Below are positions 1 to 9,429 of a stretch of DNA of 64,000 bases, one piece after another. Within the stretch, counting starts at the first letter, position 1. Each line of letters begins with the position of its first letter. Location of the stretch: NCBI GenBank assembly GCA_947085655.1, contig CAMTXH010000006.1, forward strand, positions 6,498 through 70,497, in the 5' to 3' direction. Origin of the DNA: an uncultured Omnitrophica bacterium (GTDB taxonomy: Bacteria > Omnitrophota > Gorgyraeia > JACQQV01). Under the pieces are notes generated by a model. That model had not been told where the DNA came from and ran no database searches. It was given only the letters and a program-made list of their open reading frames with translations. The position numbers and the translations under genes were made by a program.

Positions 1-572
1 GGTTTGGTCTTGAGTTCATCCGCCGCCCGAATATAGGGAACCAGCGTCAGATGGACGCTGATGGCATTTTGCCGTCCGACTTCCTGCTGGAACTGTCGGA
101 TCGCCTCCAGATACGGAAGTCCCTCGATATCGCCCACCGTCCCCCCGACTTCGCAGATGACGACGTCATACCGGCCCCGGCGGGCGAGCCGACGGATCGA
201 TTCCTTGATTTCATCCGTCACATGCGGCACCACCTGAACCGTCCCTCCCAAATAATCCCCCCGCCGCTCCTTGGTGATGACCGAAAAATAGATCTGGCCC
301 GTGGTGACGTTATTTTCCTTGCCGGTCGTAATACCGGTAAACCGTTCGTAATGGCCCAGATCCAGATCGGTCTCGGCCCCGTCATCAGTGACATAGACTT
401 CCCCGTGCTGATACGGATTCATGGTTCCCGGATCCACATTGAGATAAGGGTCCAGTTTCTGAAGGGTAACGCGAAGTCCCCGCGACTGAAGGAGTCGGCC
501 GATGGAGGCGGCAGCGATCCCCTTTCCGAGACTCGAAACCACTCCGCCGGTTATGAAGATATATTTAGGCAT
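1..572 (-). CDS. pyrG: CTP synthase, N-terminal ~190 aa; the 3' end runs off the window start. Not in the ORF track because it is truncated.
   Basis: Reverse-complement translation of 1-572 gives [78 protein letters not shown]..., the textbook CTP synthase N-terminus. The ATG is at 570-572. Confidence 0.9.
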   Translation of the reverse strand, partial: MPKYIFITGGVVSSLGKGIAAASIGRLLQSRGLRVTLQKLDPYLNVDPGTMNPYQHGEVYVTDDGAETDLDLGHYERFTGITTGKENNVTTGQIYFSVITKERRGDYLGGTVQVVPHVTDEIKESIRRLARRGRYDVVICEVGGTVGDIEGLPYLEAIRQFQQEVGRQNAISVHLTLVPYIRAADELKTK

Positions 573-1311
573 CTTTCTCTAGCAACTTCCTTACCTTTTC
601 CAAATCCTCGTGCGTATCAACCCCTACGGTGTTATAGGGGCTTTCCACCAGCCGGATCTTCTCCCCGTTTTCCAGGAGCCGGAGCTGTTCCAGCCCCTCC
701 GCTTCCTCCAAGGGAGACCTTTTCCAGCCGGACCACCGGAGAAGGAGTTCCTTCCGGTAAGCGTAGAGCCCAAGGTGCTTCAGATACGAGGGGGGGTTGC
801 TTCCTCCCGGCCGCGGGTGAGGGATCGCCGTTCTTGAAAAATAGAGGGCGTAACCCCTCAGGTCCATCACAACCTTCACCACATTCGGATTCGAAATATC
901 CTCTTCATCGGCCAATCGTCTCAGCGGCCGGAAGAGGGTCGCCACCCCCACTTCTTTTTTTTCCTTCCTCAGCGTCTCCACCAGCAAATCAATCATCTGG
1001 GGAGCCACAAGCGGTTCATCCGCCTGAATGTTGACAACGATGTCGACCTCACAGTCCTGAACCGCTTCCGCAATCCGTTCGGTCCCGGAGGTATGGGCGG
1101 AGGAGGTCATCACCACTTCCGCCCCGAACGATTCCGCCGCTTCCCTGATCCGCGTGTCGTCCGTGGCAATCCAAAGCGCATTCAGTCGTTTGGCATTGCG
1201 GGCACGCTCATATACATGCTGGATGAGCGGTTTCCCCGCCACCTCCATTAAGACCTTCCCGCTCAGCCGGGTAGAATGATACCGGGCCGGGATAACCCCT
1301 AACGCTTCCAC
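565..1311 (-). CDS. kdsB: 3-deoxy-manno-octulosonate cytidylyltransferase (CMP-Kdo synthetase)
   Basis: 248 aa with the KdsB-type nucleotidyltransferase N-terminus ([15 protein letters not shown]...). Genomic context is the LPS cluster. It overlaps the pyrG start by 8 nt. Confidence 0.85.
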   Translation of the reverse strand: MEALGVIPARYHSTRLSGKVLMEVAGKPLIQHVYERARNAKRLNALWIATDDTRIREAAESFGAEVVMTSSAHTSGTERIAEAVQDCEVDIVVNIQADEPLVAPQMIDLLVETLRKEKKEVGVATLFRPLRRLADEEDISNPNVVKVVMDLRGYALYFSRTAIPHPRPGGSNPPSYLKHLGLYAYRKELLLRWSGWKRSPLEEAEGLEQLRLLENGEKIRLVESPYNTVGVDTHEDLEKVRKLLEKDA

Positions 1312-2300
1312 AAAAGTTCCCGGACCCGCTGGGTCAGTTCCGGAACAGTCACCGGAGCAATGCCGATCTTTCCCACCACGATGCCGGCCGCCACGTTGGA
1401 AAGAAAGGCGGCATCTGTCATCGAACTTCCCGCCGCAAGCGCGGTCGTGAAGGTGGCAATGACCGCATCTCCCGCTCCCGAGACATCAAAGACCTCCTGG
1501 GCCACCGTCGGGATATGGGTAACCTTCCTCCCCTTTTCAAAGAGGGCCATCCCGTCCTCTCCAAGGGTAATCAAAACCGCCTTGCACCGGAGCCGCTTCA
1601 GGATTTCCCCTCCTACTTTTGCCAGAGGGACCCGGTCGGTCCGGTGTTCCCCGATCGCTCCGTAGGCCTCCTTCCGGTTCGGGGTCAGAACCGTCACTCC
1701 CTTGTAATATTCGAAATGCTCTTCCTTGGGATCTACGGTGAGGATTCGGGAATGTCTTTTGGATGAACGGACCGCCTCCTGAATGAGCCTGGGGGTGATC
1801 ACTCCCTTCCCATAATCCTCCAGAATCACGGCATCGACTTTTGGAATTTCCTTCCGGATCTGGGAAATAAGCCGCGAGATCACGGAAGCGGGTAGCGGAT
1901 CTTGATCTTCCCGGTCGATCCGGACCACCTGTTGGGTCTGGGCCACGATCCGGGTTTTGAGAGTGGTGGGGCGGCGACGCACGGTCAGAAGATGCCGGAT
2001 ATCGACCTTGCTTCTGTTAAGGAGGGTTTTCAACCTCCGTTCCGCTTCATCCCCGCCCACGATGCCGCAGAGCGTCGCCTCCGCGCCGAGGCCGGCAACA
2101 TTATTCGAGACATTGGCCGCACCCCCCGGCATGGCGGAGCGGCGCTTTTCCCAAACGACCGGCACCGGTGCCTCCGGGGAGATCCGGCTGACATCCCCCC
2201 AAATGAATTCATCCAACATGCAATCGCCCACCACAAGGATGCGGCATTTGCGAAAGCGCTGGATGAGGTTCTGATAGAAGGCAAAACTTTGAGAGCTCAA
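1299..2300 (-). CDS. hldE: D-glycero-beta-D-manno-heptose-7-phosphate kinase (RfaE/HldE domain I only, PfkB-family carbohydrate kinase)
   Basis: 333 aa with a PfkB/ribokinase fold. Motifs include ILVVGDCMLDEF, the C-terminal DVSGAGDAVIATF, and GIAPVTVPEL typical of RfaE domain I. No adenylyltransferase domain follows. Confidence 0.8.
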   Translation of the reverse strand: MSSQSFAFYQNLIQRFRKCRILVVGDCMLDEFIWGDVSRISPEAPVPVVWEKRRSAMPGGAANVSNNVAGLGAEATLCGIVGGDEAERRLKTLLNRSKVDIRHLLTVRRRPTTLKTRIVAQTQQVVRIDREDQDPLPASVISRLISQIRKEIPKVDAVILEDYGKGVITPRLIQEAVRSSKRHSRILTVDPKEEHFEYYKGVTVLTPNRKEAYGAIGEHRTDRVPLAKVGGEILKRLRCKAVLITLGEDGMALFEKGRKVTHIPTVAQEVFDVSGAGDAVIATFTTALAAGSSMTDAAFLSNVAAGIVVGKIGIAPVTVPELTQRVRELLWKR

Positions 2301-2356
2301 ACGGTCGTAATTCCTTTTGTGTTATGACCTTATTTTAATCGGGAACCCGGTCCAAT

Positions 2357-3169
2357 TCAAGGTTCTTTTTTCAGCACCACCTCGACGATTCCAAAGGGGA
2401 TTCGGGCTTTCATGTAAAGAGGGATTCGCCTTTCGTCCAGGGTGAACCAGATCTGCATCCGGCCCTTGCGGATAAAGACGCCGTGGAATTTGGCCAACGG
2501 CTCGATTAAAACAGCGGGGAGCTCCTCCTTCCCCATCAATTTCAGGAAGCCGGACTTGAGCACTTTGATTTCCAGGCGCCAGTTCTTTTCATCCGCGTTG
2601 ACATCCACGAAAAGAGACTCCCCCATATTCAGGGGGAGGGTCCGGAAATAATAAAGGATGCTTAACGCATCCTGAACGTTCGGCGGGACCGCCATCTCCT
2701 TGGTGCTCTGGTTAAGGAAAGAGTGGTACGTCGCGCGCTGGTTTTTTTGATCGTACACCATCTCTTCATCCGCCCGATAACCCCCTTCCCGCTGGATTTT
2801 CCGGAATTTGTACGGGATCAACTCTTTGGTGTCGATAAAGCTCTGAATCTCGTCTTTAACCGGATAAAACGCGGACAAAAAGGAGTTGGAACGGGCTTCC
2901 ATCACGACGTGATACACCTCCCGTCCCTCATAGGTCTCGATTCCCCGCACCTCCAGTTTGCCGCTTCCGACGCCGATTCCCATCCACCGGATGTCGTAAT
3001 CCAACACCTCCCCCACCGGCAGTTGCTTAAGCGGCTCGTGGATCGCCTGGGCGGTAAAGGCCTCTCGTCTTTCGGCGGGCAATTCGCTTTTATGGACAAA
3101 ATAGGAAACGCTGGAACAGCCGGCAAGAAAGAAAACAAACGGAACAATAAAAAAAGAGGGGCGTGTCAC
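2357..3169 (-). CDS. Predicted lipoprotein, DUF3108-like, within the LPS operon
   Basis: A GTG start at 3169 overlaps the upstream TGA (GTGA) and gives MTRPSFFIVPFVFFLAGCSS, a lipobox signal. The rest is a ~250-aa beta-rich protein. The family assignment is tentative. Confidence 0.5.
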   Translation of the reverse strand: MTRPSFFIVPFVFFLAGCSSVSYFVHKSELPAERREAFTAQAIHEPLKQLPVGEVLDYDIRWMGIGVGSGKLEVRGIETYEGREVYHVVMEARSNSFLSAFYPVKDEIQSFIDTKELIPYKFRKIQREGGYRADEEMVYDQKNQRATYHSFLNQSTKEMAVPPNVQDALSILYYFRTLPLNMGESLFVDVNADEKNWRLEIKVLKSGFLKLMGKEELPAVLIEPLAKFHGVFIRKGRMQIWFTLDERRIPLYMKARIPFGIVEVVLKKEP

Positions 3170-4299
3170 TTTTTTTCCAATATCCGTCGGGCTGCCTCCA
3201 GCACCTCTTCCACCGTGAGGGCCCTGAGGCATTCAAATTGAATCGGGCAGTCATCTGCAAGACAGACGGGACATCCCACATCCTTTTGAAGGGCAATATC
3301 CCGCTCTCCCAACGGTCGCCATCTGCCGCGGGAGAGTCCCGGTTGGCTCCGTCCGAAAATGGAAATGACCGGAATCCCCACGCCGACCGCCACGTGGACC
3401 GGTCCCGAATCGTTTGAAATCAGGAGGGAACTTTTTTTAAAGAAAGAGGCGAGCTCCCGTATCGACATTTTACCACAAAGATCGACCGGGGAATGCGTCA
3501 TCCCCCGAATCACTTCTTGGCCTGTTTGGATGTCCTCCGGCCCGGTGACGATGGCCACTTTATAGTGCGCTCCCTGAAGCCGGTCGGCGAGCGCGGCGAA
3601 TCGTTCGCTCATCCACCGCTTGGAAAGACTGCTCGCACCCGGATGAATGGCAACCAAACGGTCCTTCTCCGAAATGCCCTTCTCCTTGAGGAGTCGCTCG
3701 ATCCGGCGGTCCGACTCTTCGGTGGTCGGCATCGTGACCCGTCCCGCTTCGACCAGAAGCCCCAATTCCCGAACCAAATCCAGGGAATACTCTGTTTCAT
3801 GACGCTCTCCGAAGACTTTGATATCCTTTAGCCGCCGGGTCAGGAAAAATCCCCATTTCCGGTCGTAACCGACGCGGTCCGGAATCCGGGCAAGCGCCAA
3901 CGCCAGATGAACTCGCCGGGTCCCGTGAAGGACCAGGGCGGTATCAAACCGATGGCGCCGGAGTTCCCCAATCAACCGGAATGTCCCGAAAAGTCCCCGG
4001 TGTCTTCCTTTTTTATCCAGCACCAGGATCCCGTTCAAATAAGGGTTTAATTCCACAATCTCACGGGCGTGCGGCGCAACCAGCACGACGAGATACGCCT
4101 CCGGAAGCGCTTTCCGGAGCGCTTCCACCGCCGGCGTCGAAAGGAGAACATCCCCGATCCGGTCCGGGCGGACGATAAGAATCCTTCTTTTTGGGACGTT
4201 TTCGAAAGTGTCCCTTGAATCAATCGACACGCTGGCCTGCCCTGGCCGGCAGGCCAGGGGGACACTTTCTGAAAACGTCCCTATAGAAGTTCGCTGCAT
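3166..4299 (-). CDS. Glycosyltransferase family 9 (LPS heptosyltransferase-like), paralogue a. The start is uncertain: ATG at 4299, or an internal GTG.
   Basis: GT9 N-terminus RILIVRPDRIGDVLLSTPAVEALRK and GT9 C-terminal region (LLISNDSGPVHVAVGVGIPVISIFG). The ORF-track start at 4380 overlaps the previous gene by 100 nt. The N-terminal ~27 codons are read through the palindromic repeat locus. Confidence 0.75.
   Translation of the reverse strand: MQRTSIGTFSESVPLACRPGQASVSIDSRDTFENVPKRRILIVRPDRIGDVLLSTPAVEALRKALPEAYLVVLVAPHAREIVELNPYLNGILVLDKKGRHRGLFGTFRLIGELRRHRFDTALVLHGTRRVHLALALARIPDRVGYDRKWGFFLTRRLKDIKVFGERHETEYSLDLVRELGLLVEAGRVTMPTTEESDRRIERLLKEKGISEKDRLVAIHPGASSLSKRWMSERFAALADRLQGAHYKVAIVTGPEDIQTGQEVIRGMTHSPVDLCGKMSIRELASFFKKSSLLISNDSGPVHVAVGVGIPVISIFGRSQPGLSRGRWRPLGERDIALQKDVGCPVCLADDCPIQFECLRALTVEEVLEAARRILEKK
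4193..4281. repeat. Composite palindromic repeat: GGGACGTTTTCGAAAGTGTCCC, a central GGCCTGCC/GGCAGGCC hairpin, then an inverted copy GGGACACTTTCTGAAAACGTCCC
   Basis: The two arms are near-exact reverse complements. The last C overlaps the TAG stop of the upstream GT9 gene. The repeat lies within or at the 5' end of the next GT9 gene. Confidence 0.7.
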
Positions 4300-5252
4300 G
4301 CCTGATAAACCTCTTCGACCGGAAGTTCTTCCATACATTCGTGATGATACGGGCATTCCGCTTTTTCGCAAGGCGAACAAAAAAGGTCCTTCCGAACCAC
4401 ACGGCTCCTAGCGCTCCGCGGACCATATTTCTTCGGATCCGTTGGACCGAAAATCGCCACGGTCGGCGTGTCAAGGAGACTGGCCATATGAAGCGCGGCA
4501 TTGTCATTGGTCACCAAAAGCCGGGCCTTTTGAACAAGCACCACCGCTTCCGGAACCGATGTCCTGCCGGCCAGGGAGAAGGAGGGGCTTTTCATCTTTT
4601 GGATGATTGACTCCACAAAAGGTGCATCAAACGCCTCCCCCACAAAAAGGGGGGGTAACCTTTTTGTCTCGTATAGCCGGTCTGCGAGTCGGGCAAACCC
4701 GGAGGAGTTCCATCGCTTGAGTGTGCTTTTGGAGCCGGGACTGAACAGAATAAACGGATCGGTCAGGCGAAGTCCCTGACTTTGAAGTTCCTTTTTCATC
4801 GCCGACTCGGCCTCCGGCTGAATCCAGAGAATTTCCTTCTTGGGATGGTTAACGGCAAGACCAAGCCGTTCCGCCTGCCAGAGATGCCGGTCCATCCGGT
4901 GAAGAAGGTCCCGGGGCGGTTTTGAAAGTAGTGGGGTCCGCCAGGAGGCCCCGACGAGAATCGGAAAAAGAGAATGTCTTAAGTCAATGACCCCGTCAAA
5001 TCTTTTCTTCCGGAGTTCGCGGATGAATCCCCACTTCTCCCGGAGGGAGGCGCGCTTATCATAGACAATCACCTCTTCGAGACGGGGGTCTCCCCTGAAA
5101 ACCGCCTCCGCCTGGGCGCCGACCAAAACACTCAAGGCGGCCTTCGGAAACGCGTTTCGAACCGCATGCACCACCGGCGCCGTCAAAAAGGCATCGCCCA
5201 CGTTGGAAAGGGAGACAATTAGAACCCGCTCAGGTGTTCTTTTCAACGGCAT
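4281..5252 (-). CDS. Glycosyltransferase family 9 (LPS heptosyltransferase-like), paralogue b
   Basis: 323 aa. RVLIVSLSNVGDAFLTAPVVHAVR N-terminal motif and LLVTNDNAALHMASLLDTPTVAIFG C-terminal motif. Confidence 0.8.
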   Translation of the reverse strand: MPLKRTPERVLIVSLSNVGDAFLTAPVVHAVRNAFPKAALSVLVGAQAEAVFRGDPRLEEVIVYDKRASLREKWGFIRELRKKRFDGVIDLRHSLFPILVGASWRTPLLSKPPRDLLHRMDRHLWQAERLGLAVNHPKKEILWIQPEAESAMKKELQSQGLRLTDPFILFSPGSKSTLKRWNSSGFARLADRLYETKRLPPLFVGEAFDAPFVESIIQKMKSPSFSLAGRTSVPEAVVLVQKARLLVTNDNAALHMASLLDTPTVAIFGPTDPKKYGPRSARSRVVRKDLFCSPCEKAECPYHHECMEELPVEEVYQACSELL

Positions 5253-6240
5253 CCAAAACCTCTTCGACCTGAATCGCCTTCATGCAGATGTTATCCGGGC
5301 AATCCACATAATAACAGGGAGGATCATCGTTGCAGCCGACATCTTTGCGGAGGATGATCTTCGGGGAATCACCCGAAGGACCGGTGAGAGATGGATGGGT
5401 CGGTCCGAAAAGGGCGACCACTTTTGTCCCCTGGCTCTGCGCCACATGCATCGGACCGGTATCGTTCGAGACAACGAGCGTTGCTCGTTTGAGAAGGGCC
5501 GCCAACTGACGGAGCGACATCTCTCCGCAAAGGAGAACCGGCTTTATCTTCATGACCGCTGCAATCCTCTCTCCGAGAAAACGGTCTTTCGCCGCCCCTG
5601 CAATGACAATCCGTTTTTGCTTGCGGTCGGCTAAGGCATCCCCCAACGCCGCGAACCGCTCCGGCGGCCACCGTTTCTGATTCCAGTTGCCGAAGGGACA
5701 GAGAACCACGTAGGGATCGTTGCGGTTCACTCCTTTGGATTCCAGAAGCCGATCGACTGTTTGCTCTTCTTCCCTGCTCACCTTCAACGTGTAATTCCGG
5801 TTTCCATACCGCATCGCCTCAGGCAGAAGGCCGAGAAAAAACTCCACCTTGTGCAGATCCGAAGGGGGAGGAGGGATCTTTTGGGTCAAAAGAAACCCTT
5901 TCCATTTGATGGCATACCCGATCCGCTCCGGAATGCCGGCCAGCACCGCAAGAAGCCGTCTCGTAAAGGAACGGTGCAAAAGATAGACGCTGTCAAACCG
6001 CTTTGACTTAAGCATCCGGACCAGTTCGAGTTTTCCCCAGGGAGAACGGTGACATCCTTTTTCATCATAGACAAGGATCTCGTTCAAATGGGGGTTTCCC
6101 TCCAGGACCTCCCGGCAGCTCGGCACCACAAGAGAAGCGATGGTGCTTTCGGGAAAGGCGTTCCGGAGCGCCTCCAGAAAAGGGGTGGAAAAAAGGACAT
6201 CCCCCACCCAATTGACATTCACCACGAGGATTCGTTTCAT
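5230..6240 (-). CDS. Glycosyltransferase family 9 (LPS heptosyltransferase-like), paralogue c
   Basis: 336 aa. MKRILVVNVNWVGDVLFSTPFLEALR N-terminus and LVVSNDTGPMHVAQSQGTKVVALFG. Confidence 0.8.
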   Translation of the reverse strand: MKRILVVNVNWVGDVLFSTPFLEALRNAFPESTIASLVVPSCREVLEGNPHLNEILVYDEKGCHRSPWGKLELVRMLKSKRFDSVYLLHRSFTRRLLAVLAGIPERIGYAIKWKGFLLTQKIPPPPSDLHKVEFFLGLLPEAMRYGNRNYTLKVSREEEQTVDRLLESKGVNRNDPYVVLCPFGNWNQKRWPPERFAALGDALADRKQKRIVIAGAAKDRFLGERIAAVMKIKPVLLCGEMSLRQLAALLKRATLVVSNDTGPMHVAQSQGTKVVALFGPTHPSLTGPSGDSPKIILRKDVGCNDDPPCYYVDCPDNICMKAIQVEEVLDAVEKNT

Positions 6241-7346
6241 CCGATAATCTCTTGGTACAGTTGGGAAGTTTCTTTTGCCATCCGCTCCGATGAGAATTTT
6301 TCCTCGATCACCCGCCGTCCGTTCCGTCCGACCTGCTCTGCAAGGTTCGGATCCTTCAACAGTTCGTCAATCGCTTCCCGAAGGGTATAAGGATCATTAT
6401 TCTCCAAAAGATAGCCGCTGACCTTATGCGTGATAAACATCCTAAGCCCCCCCCTTCTGCTCTTGGAAGCAACGACCGGAACGCCGCAGGCCATCGCCTC
6501 TGCGGGTGCCAGACCGAATCCCTCATTCCATTCTGCCGGATGCACAAAAAGGTCGAAGCTCAACAGGTACGGCGTCGGGTCCGAGACTTCACCCCGGAAG
6601 TAGACTTTCTCGGAGATGCCCAATTTTCTGGAAAGTTTCTCCAAATGATTCCGGAAATTCCCCTCTCCAATCAAGACGAGACTCGCCGTCGGATAATGGC
6701 TTTGCAAAAGAGCGATGGATTCCAGGAGGTTATCATGACCCTTATCCGCAATCAACCGGGAAACCGAACCGATGATTTTCCCCTCCGTTGGAAGGTTCAG
6801 TTTTTTCCGGAGGTTTTGTCTTTCCTCGTCGTCAATCGGCCGGAACTGACGGAGGTCCACACCGTTTGGGATCAGACGGACCCGCCCTTCCGGAAGTTTG
6901 AAGTCCTGAATCAGATGATCACGGACCGCGCCGCTGATGGCAATCACCTTTTCTCCCCAGCAGGGAAAAAGCCGTCTCCCGAGCCGCGGCCTGTAAAACC
7001 CGTGACAGGTGGTCAAAGCGGGGATTCCCCGGAGCCGCGAAAGGACCGCTGCGGCGACTTGGGTCACACGGGTGTGGGCATGAATCACATCAACCGGATT
7101 TTCCCGAAGAAAGCGATTCAGTCTCCCGACCGTTTTCCAAACCTTCGGACTCAATTCGCTTTTGGTCCGGAGATCGACCGATATCAAGCGGGCTCCCTTC
7201 TCCTGAAACAGGCCCTCCCATTTCCCTCCGCTGCTTGCGACAAACACCTCGTGTCCCTTCGCTACCAGTTCCCCGGAAAGACTCAACAGGTGCCGCGGGA
7301 TTCCGCCGATGTCAAGATGAGTGCTGAAAAGGAGAATTCGCATCAT
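6237..7346 (-). CDS. Glycosyltransferase family 4 (WaaG/RfaG-like LPS core glycosyltransferase)
   Basis: 369 aa. N-terminal GT4 'Glyco_trans_4' region (ILLFSTHLDIGGIPRHLLSL). C-terminal motif FVHPAEWNEGFGLAPAEAMACGVPVV. Confidence 0.8.
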   Translation of the reverse strand: MMRILLFSTHLDIGGIPRHLLSLSGELVAKGHEVFVASSGGKWEGLFQEKGARLISVDLRTKSELSPKVWKTVGRLNRFLRENPVDVIHAHTRVTQVAAAVLSRLRGIPALTTCHGFYRPRLGRRLFPCWGEKVIAISGAVRDHLIQDFKLPEGRVRLIPNGVDLRQFRPIDDEERQNLRKKLNLPTEGKIIGSVSRLIADKGHDNLLESIALLQSHYPTASLVLIGEGNFRNHLEKLSRKLGISEKVYFRGEVSDPTPYLLSFDLFVHPAEWNEGFGLAPAEAMACGVPVVASKSRRGGLRMFITHKVSGYLLENNDPYTLREAIDELLKDPNLAEQVGRNGRRVIEEKFSSERMAKETSQLYQEIIG

Positions 7347-9429
7347 GCTCGATCCATTGTTTCACTTCCCGATAAACCTCATCCGGTGTAATCCCGGTCA
7401 TACAAATGAGCCCAATCGGGCAACGGCGCCGGTAACACGGGTGGCATTTGACCTGCTTATTCAGCACCACCCCCCTTTCCGTCGGGGGAAAATGCCGTTT
7501 CGGATCTGTCGGCCCGAAAAGGGCGATGACCGGAACTTTGAGACTCGCGGCGATATGCATGGGGGCGCTATCCACCGTCACAAAGGCGGAGAACCGCCGC
7601 ATCAGAGAAACCATCTGCGGGAGCGTCGTCTTGCCGACGGCAACAATCGGTTTGGTCCGAACCCGGGCAAGCACTTCGTGAACCAGGGATCTTTCCCGTT
7701 CGCTTCCGGTCAAGACCACGCGGATTCTATCCTGGGCGAGCCGGTCGCACAGGGACGCGATGGAGGCGACCGGCCACCTTTTGGTCTCCCAACGGGGGCT
7801 CCCTCCGAGATTCACGCCGACGAGCGGCTCTGTTCCTGCAATCCATTCCTGGCGGAGGAACCGGTCCACAGTGGCCTCATCCTTCGGCTGGGACCAGAGT
7901 TCAAGAGCCGGCTCCACCTCCTCGATCTCCAGAAGCCGCAGCAAATGACCCTGGTGCGCCACCGGACCCATCGGTCCCGGGTCCCGGACTTTGAAATTCA
8001 CCAGAAACCGGAATACCCCCCGGTCCCATCCGTAACGCTTCGGGGCACAGGATAAATAGGAAAGGAGCTGGCTCGTCTTGTTGTTCTGAAGGTCGATCAC
8101 CCGGTCGAAACCGCGCCGGCGCAGTTCCGACGCAAGCCGGAAGCGGCTTTTCCAGGTTCTTTCCTTCCGTGCCGGATCATACACCATTAAATCGTCCACA
8201 TAGGGGGTATGCTGCACCAGCTCAAAGGCATCCCGTCCGACCAAAAGGGTGATGGAAGATTTGGGGAACCGTTTTCGAATGGCCCGGAGACTCGGCACGA
8301 TCAGAACCACATCCCCGATCGCCCCCAATTTGATGACTAAAATCCTTTCCGCCTTAAGTGCCTTTTCGTATTCGTGAATCGTTTTATCAACCATCTGCTT
8401 GAGGGAATATTTCTTTTCGACCTTTTCCCGGAGCCGCTTCGCAAAACTCTCCGCCAAAGCCGGATCCTTCAATACCCGGACGATCGCTTCCGACAGTGCC
8501 AGCGGATCCCGCGGCGGAACCAGAAGGCCGTCCTTCCCCTCATCCAGAATCTCCACGATCCCTCCGACCCGAGTTGCCACAACCGGCACCCCGCAGGCCC
8601 CTGCCTCGATAATGACCCGTCCGAACGCCTCCGGTGTTTTGGTAGCAACGACTAAAAGGTCCATTTCAAAGAGGACGTCCGGGATGTTCTGGGATCTTCC
8701 CCAAAATTCCACCGTCTGATGAAGTCCAAGCCGTTTCACAAGGAGCTCCAATTCCTCCCGGTATTTTGCCCTTTCGGGAGGGGCCTCCCCCACAATCAGA
8801 ACCCGGATTTTCGGAAAGACCCGGACCACGCGCGAGACGGCGCGAATGAAATCGAGATGTCCCTTAAGGGGTGTAATCCGGCCGATCATGCCGACGGTAA
8901 AATCCCCCTCCAGTCTCTTCCGGGAGGAGCGGTAGGTGAACTCATCAAGGTCCACCCCCCGCGGAATGAGTGCCAGCCGTTCGGGGACAACCTCGAAATC
9001 CTCCAGCATATGCTTCCCGATCGCCTGACTTGAAACAATCACCCGCTTGGCCCATCCCATGCAGTAACCGAAAAAGTTCTTCCGGTAATATCCGTGGCAG
9101 GTGGTCACAAACGGACGAAAGGTCTTCCGGCAGGCAAGAAATGCAATGAATCCCGGCACGCGGCTTCTGGCATGGACAAGATCGATTTTTTCCTTTTCGA
9201 TGATCCGGGAAACCTCTCTGACCATCCGGAAGACGGTCCAGGGGTTTTTATCCCCGACCGGAAGCCGGACATGTTTGGAACCGGATGCTTCCAGACGGGA
9301 AACCAGTTCCCCGCCGCCGGAAATGACGACGGATCGGTGCCCTCTCGCCACAAGATGCTGCGCCAGTTCCACGGTCCCCCGTTCCGCGCCGCCCACCTCT
9401 AATGCTGGGATGATTTGGAGGATATTCAT
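7312..9429 (-). CDS. Bifunctional fusion: N-terminal GT4 glycosyltransferase joined to a C-terminal GT9 heptosyltransferase-like domain
   Basis: 705 aa. Residues ~1-350 are GT4 (MNILQIIPALEVGGAERGTVELA...EAFGRVIIEAGACGVPVVAT). Residues ~355-705 are GT9 (RILVIKLGAIGDVVLIVPSLRAIRK...VTVDSAPMHIAASLKVPVIALFG). Confidence 0.8.
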   Translation of the reverse strand: MNILQIIPALEVGGAERGTVELAQHLVARGHRSVVISGGGELVSRLEASGSKHVRLPVGDKNPWTVFRMVREVSRIIEKEKIDLVHARSRVPGFIAFLACRKTFRPFVTTCHGYYRKNFFGYCMGWAKRVIVSSQAIGKHMLEDFEVVPERLALIPRGVDLDEFTYRSSRKRLEGDFTVGMIGRITPLKGHLDFIRAVSRVVRVFPKIRVLIVGEAPPERAKYREELELLVKRLGLHQTVEFWGRSQNIPDVLFEMDLLVVATKTPEAFGRVIIEAGACGVPVVATRVGGIVEILDEGKDGLLVPPRDPLALSEAIVRVLKDPALAESFAKRLREKVEKKYSLKQMVDKTIHEYEKALKAERILVIKLGAIGDVVLIVPSLRAIRKRFPKSSITLLVGRDAFELVQHTPYVDDLMVYDPARKERTWKSRFRLASELRRRGFDRVIDLQNNKTSQLLSYLSCAPKRYGWDRGVFRFLVNFKVRDPGPMGPVAHQGHLLRLLEIEEVEPALELWSQPKDEATVDRFLRQEWIAGTEPLVGVNLGGSPRWETKRWPVASIASLCDRLAQDRIRVVLTGSERERSLVHEVLARVRTKPIVAVGKTTLPQMVSLMRRFSAFVTVDSAPMHIAASLKVPVIALFGPTDPKRHFPPTERGVVLNKQVKCHPCYRRRCPIGLICMTGITPDEVYREVKQWIEHDANSPFQHSS

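Noticed and set aside
51-1034. 327-aa plus-strand ORF at the window start
   Set aside because: It is antisense to the clearly recognisable pyrG and kdsB genes. Its translation is Pro/Arg/Gly-rich, as is typical of spurious ORFs on the opposite strand of GC-rich genes.
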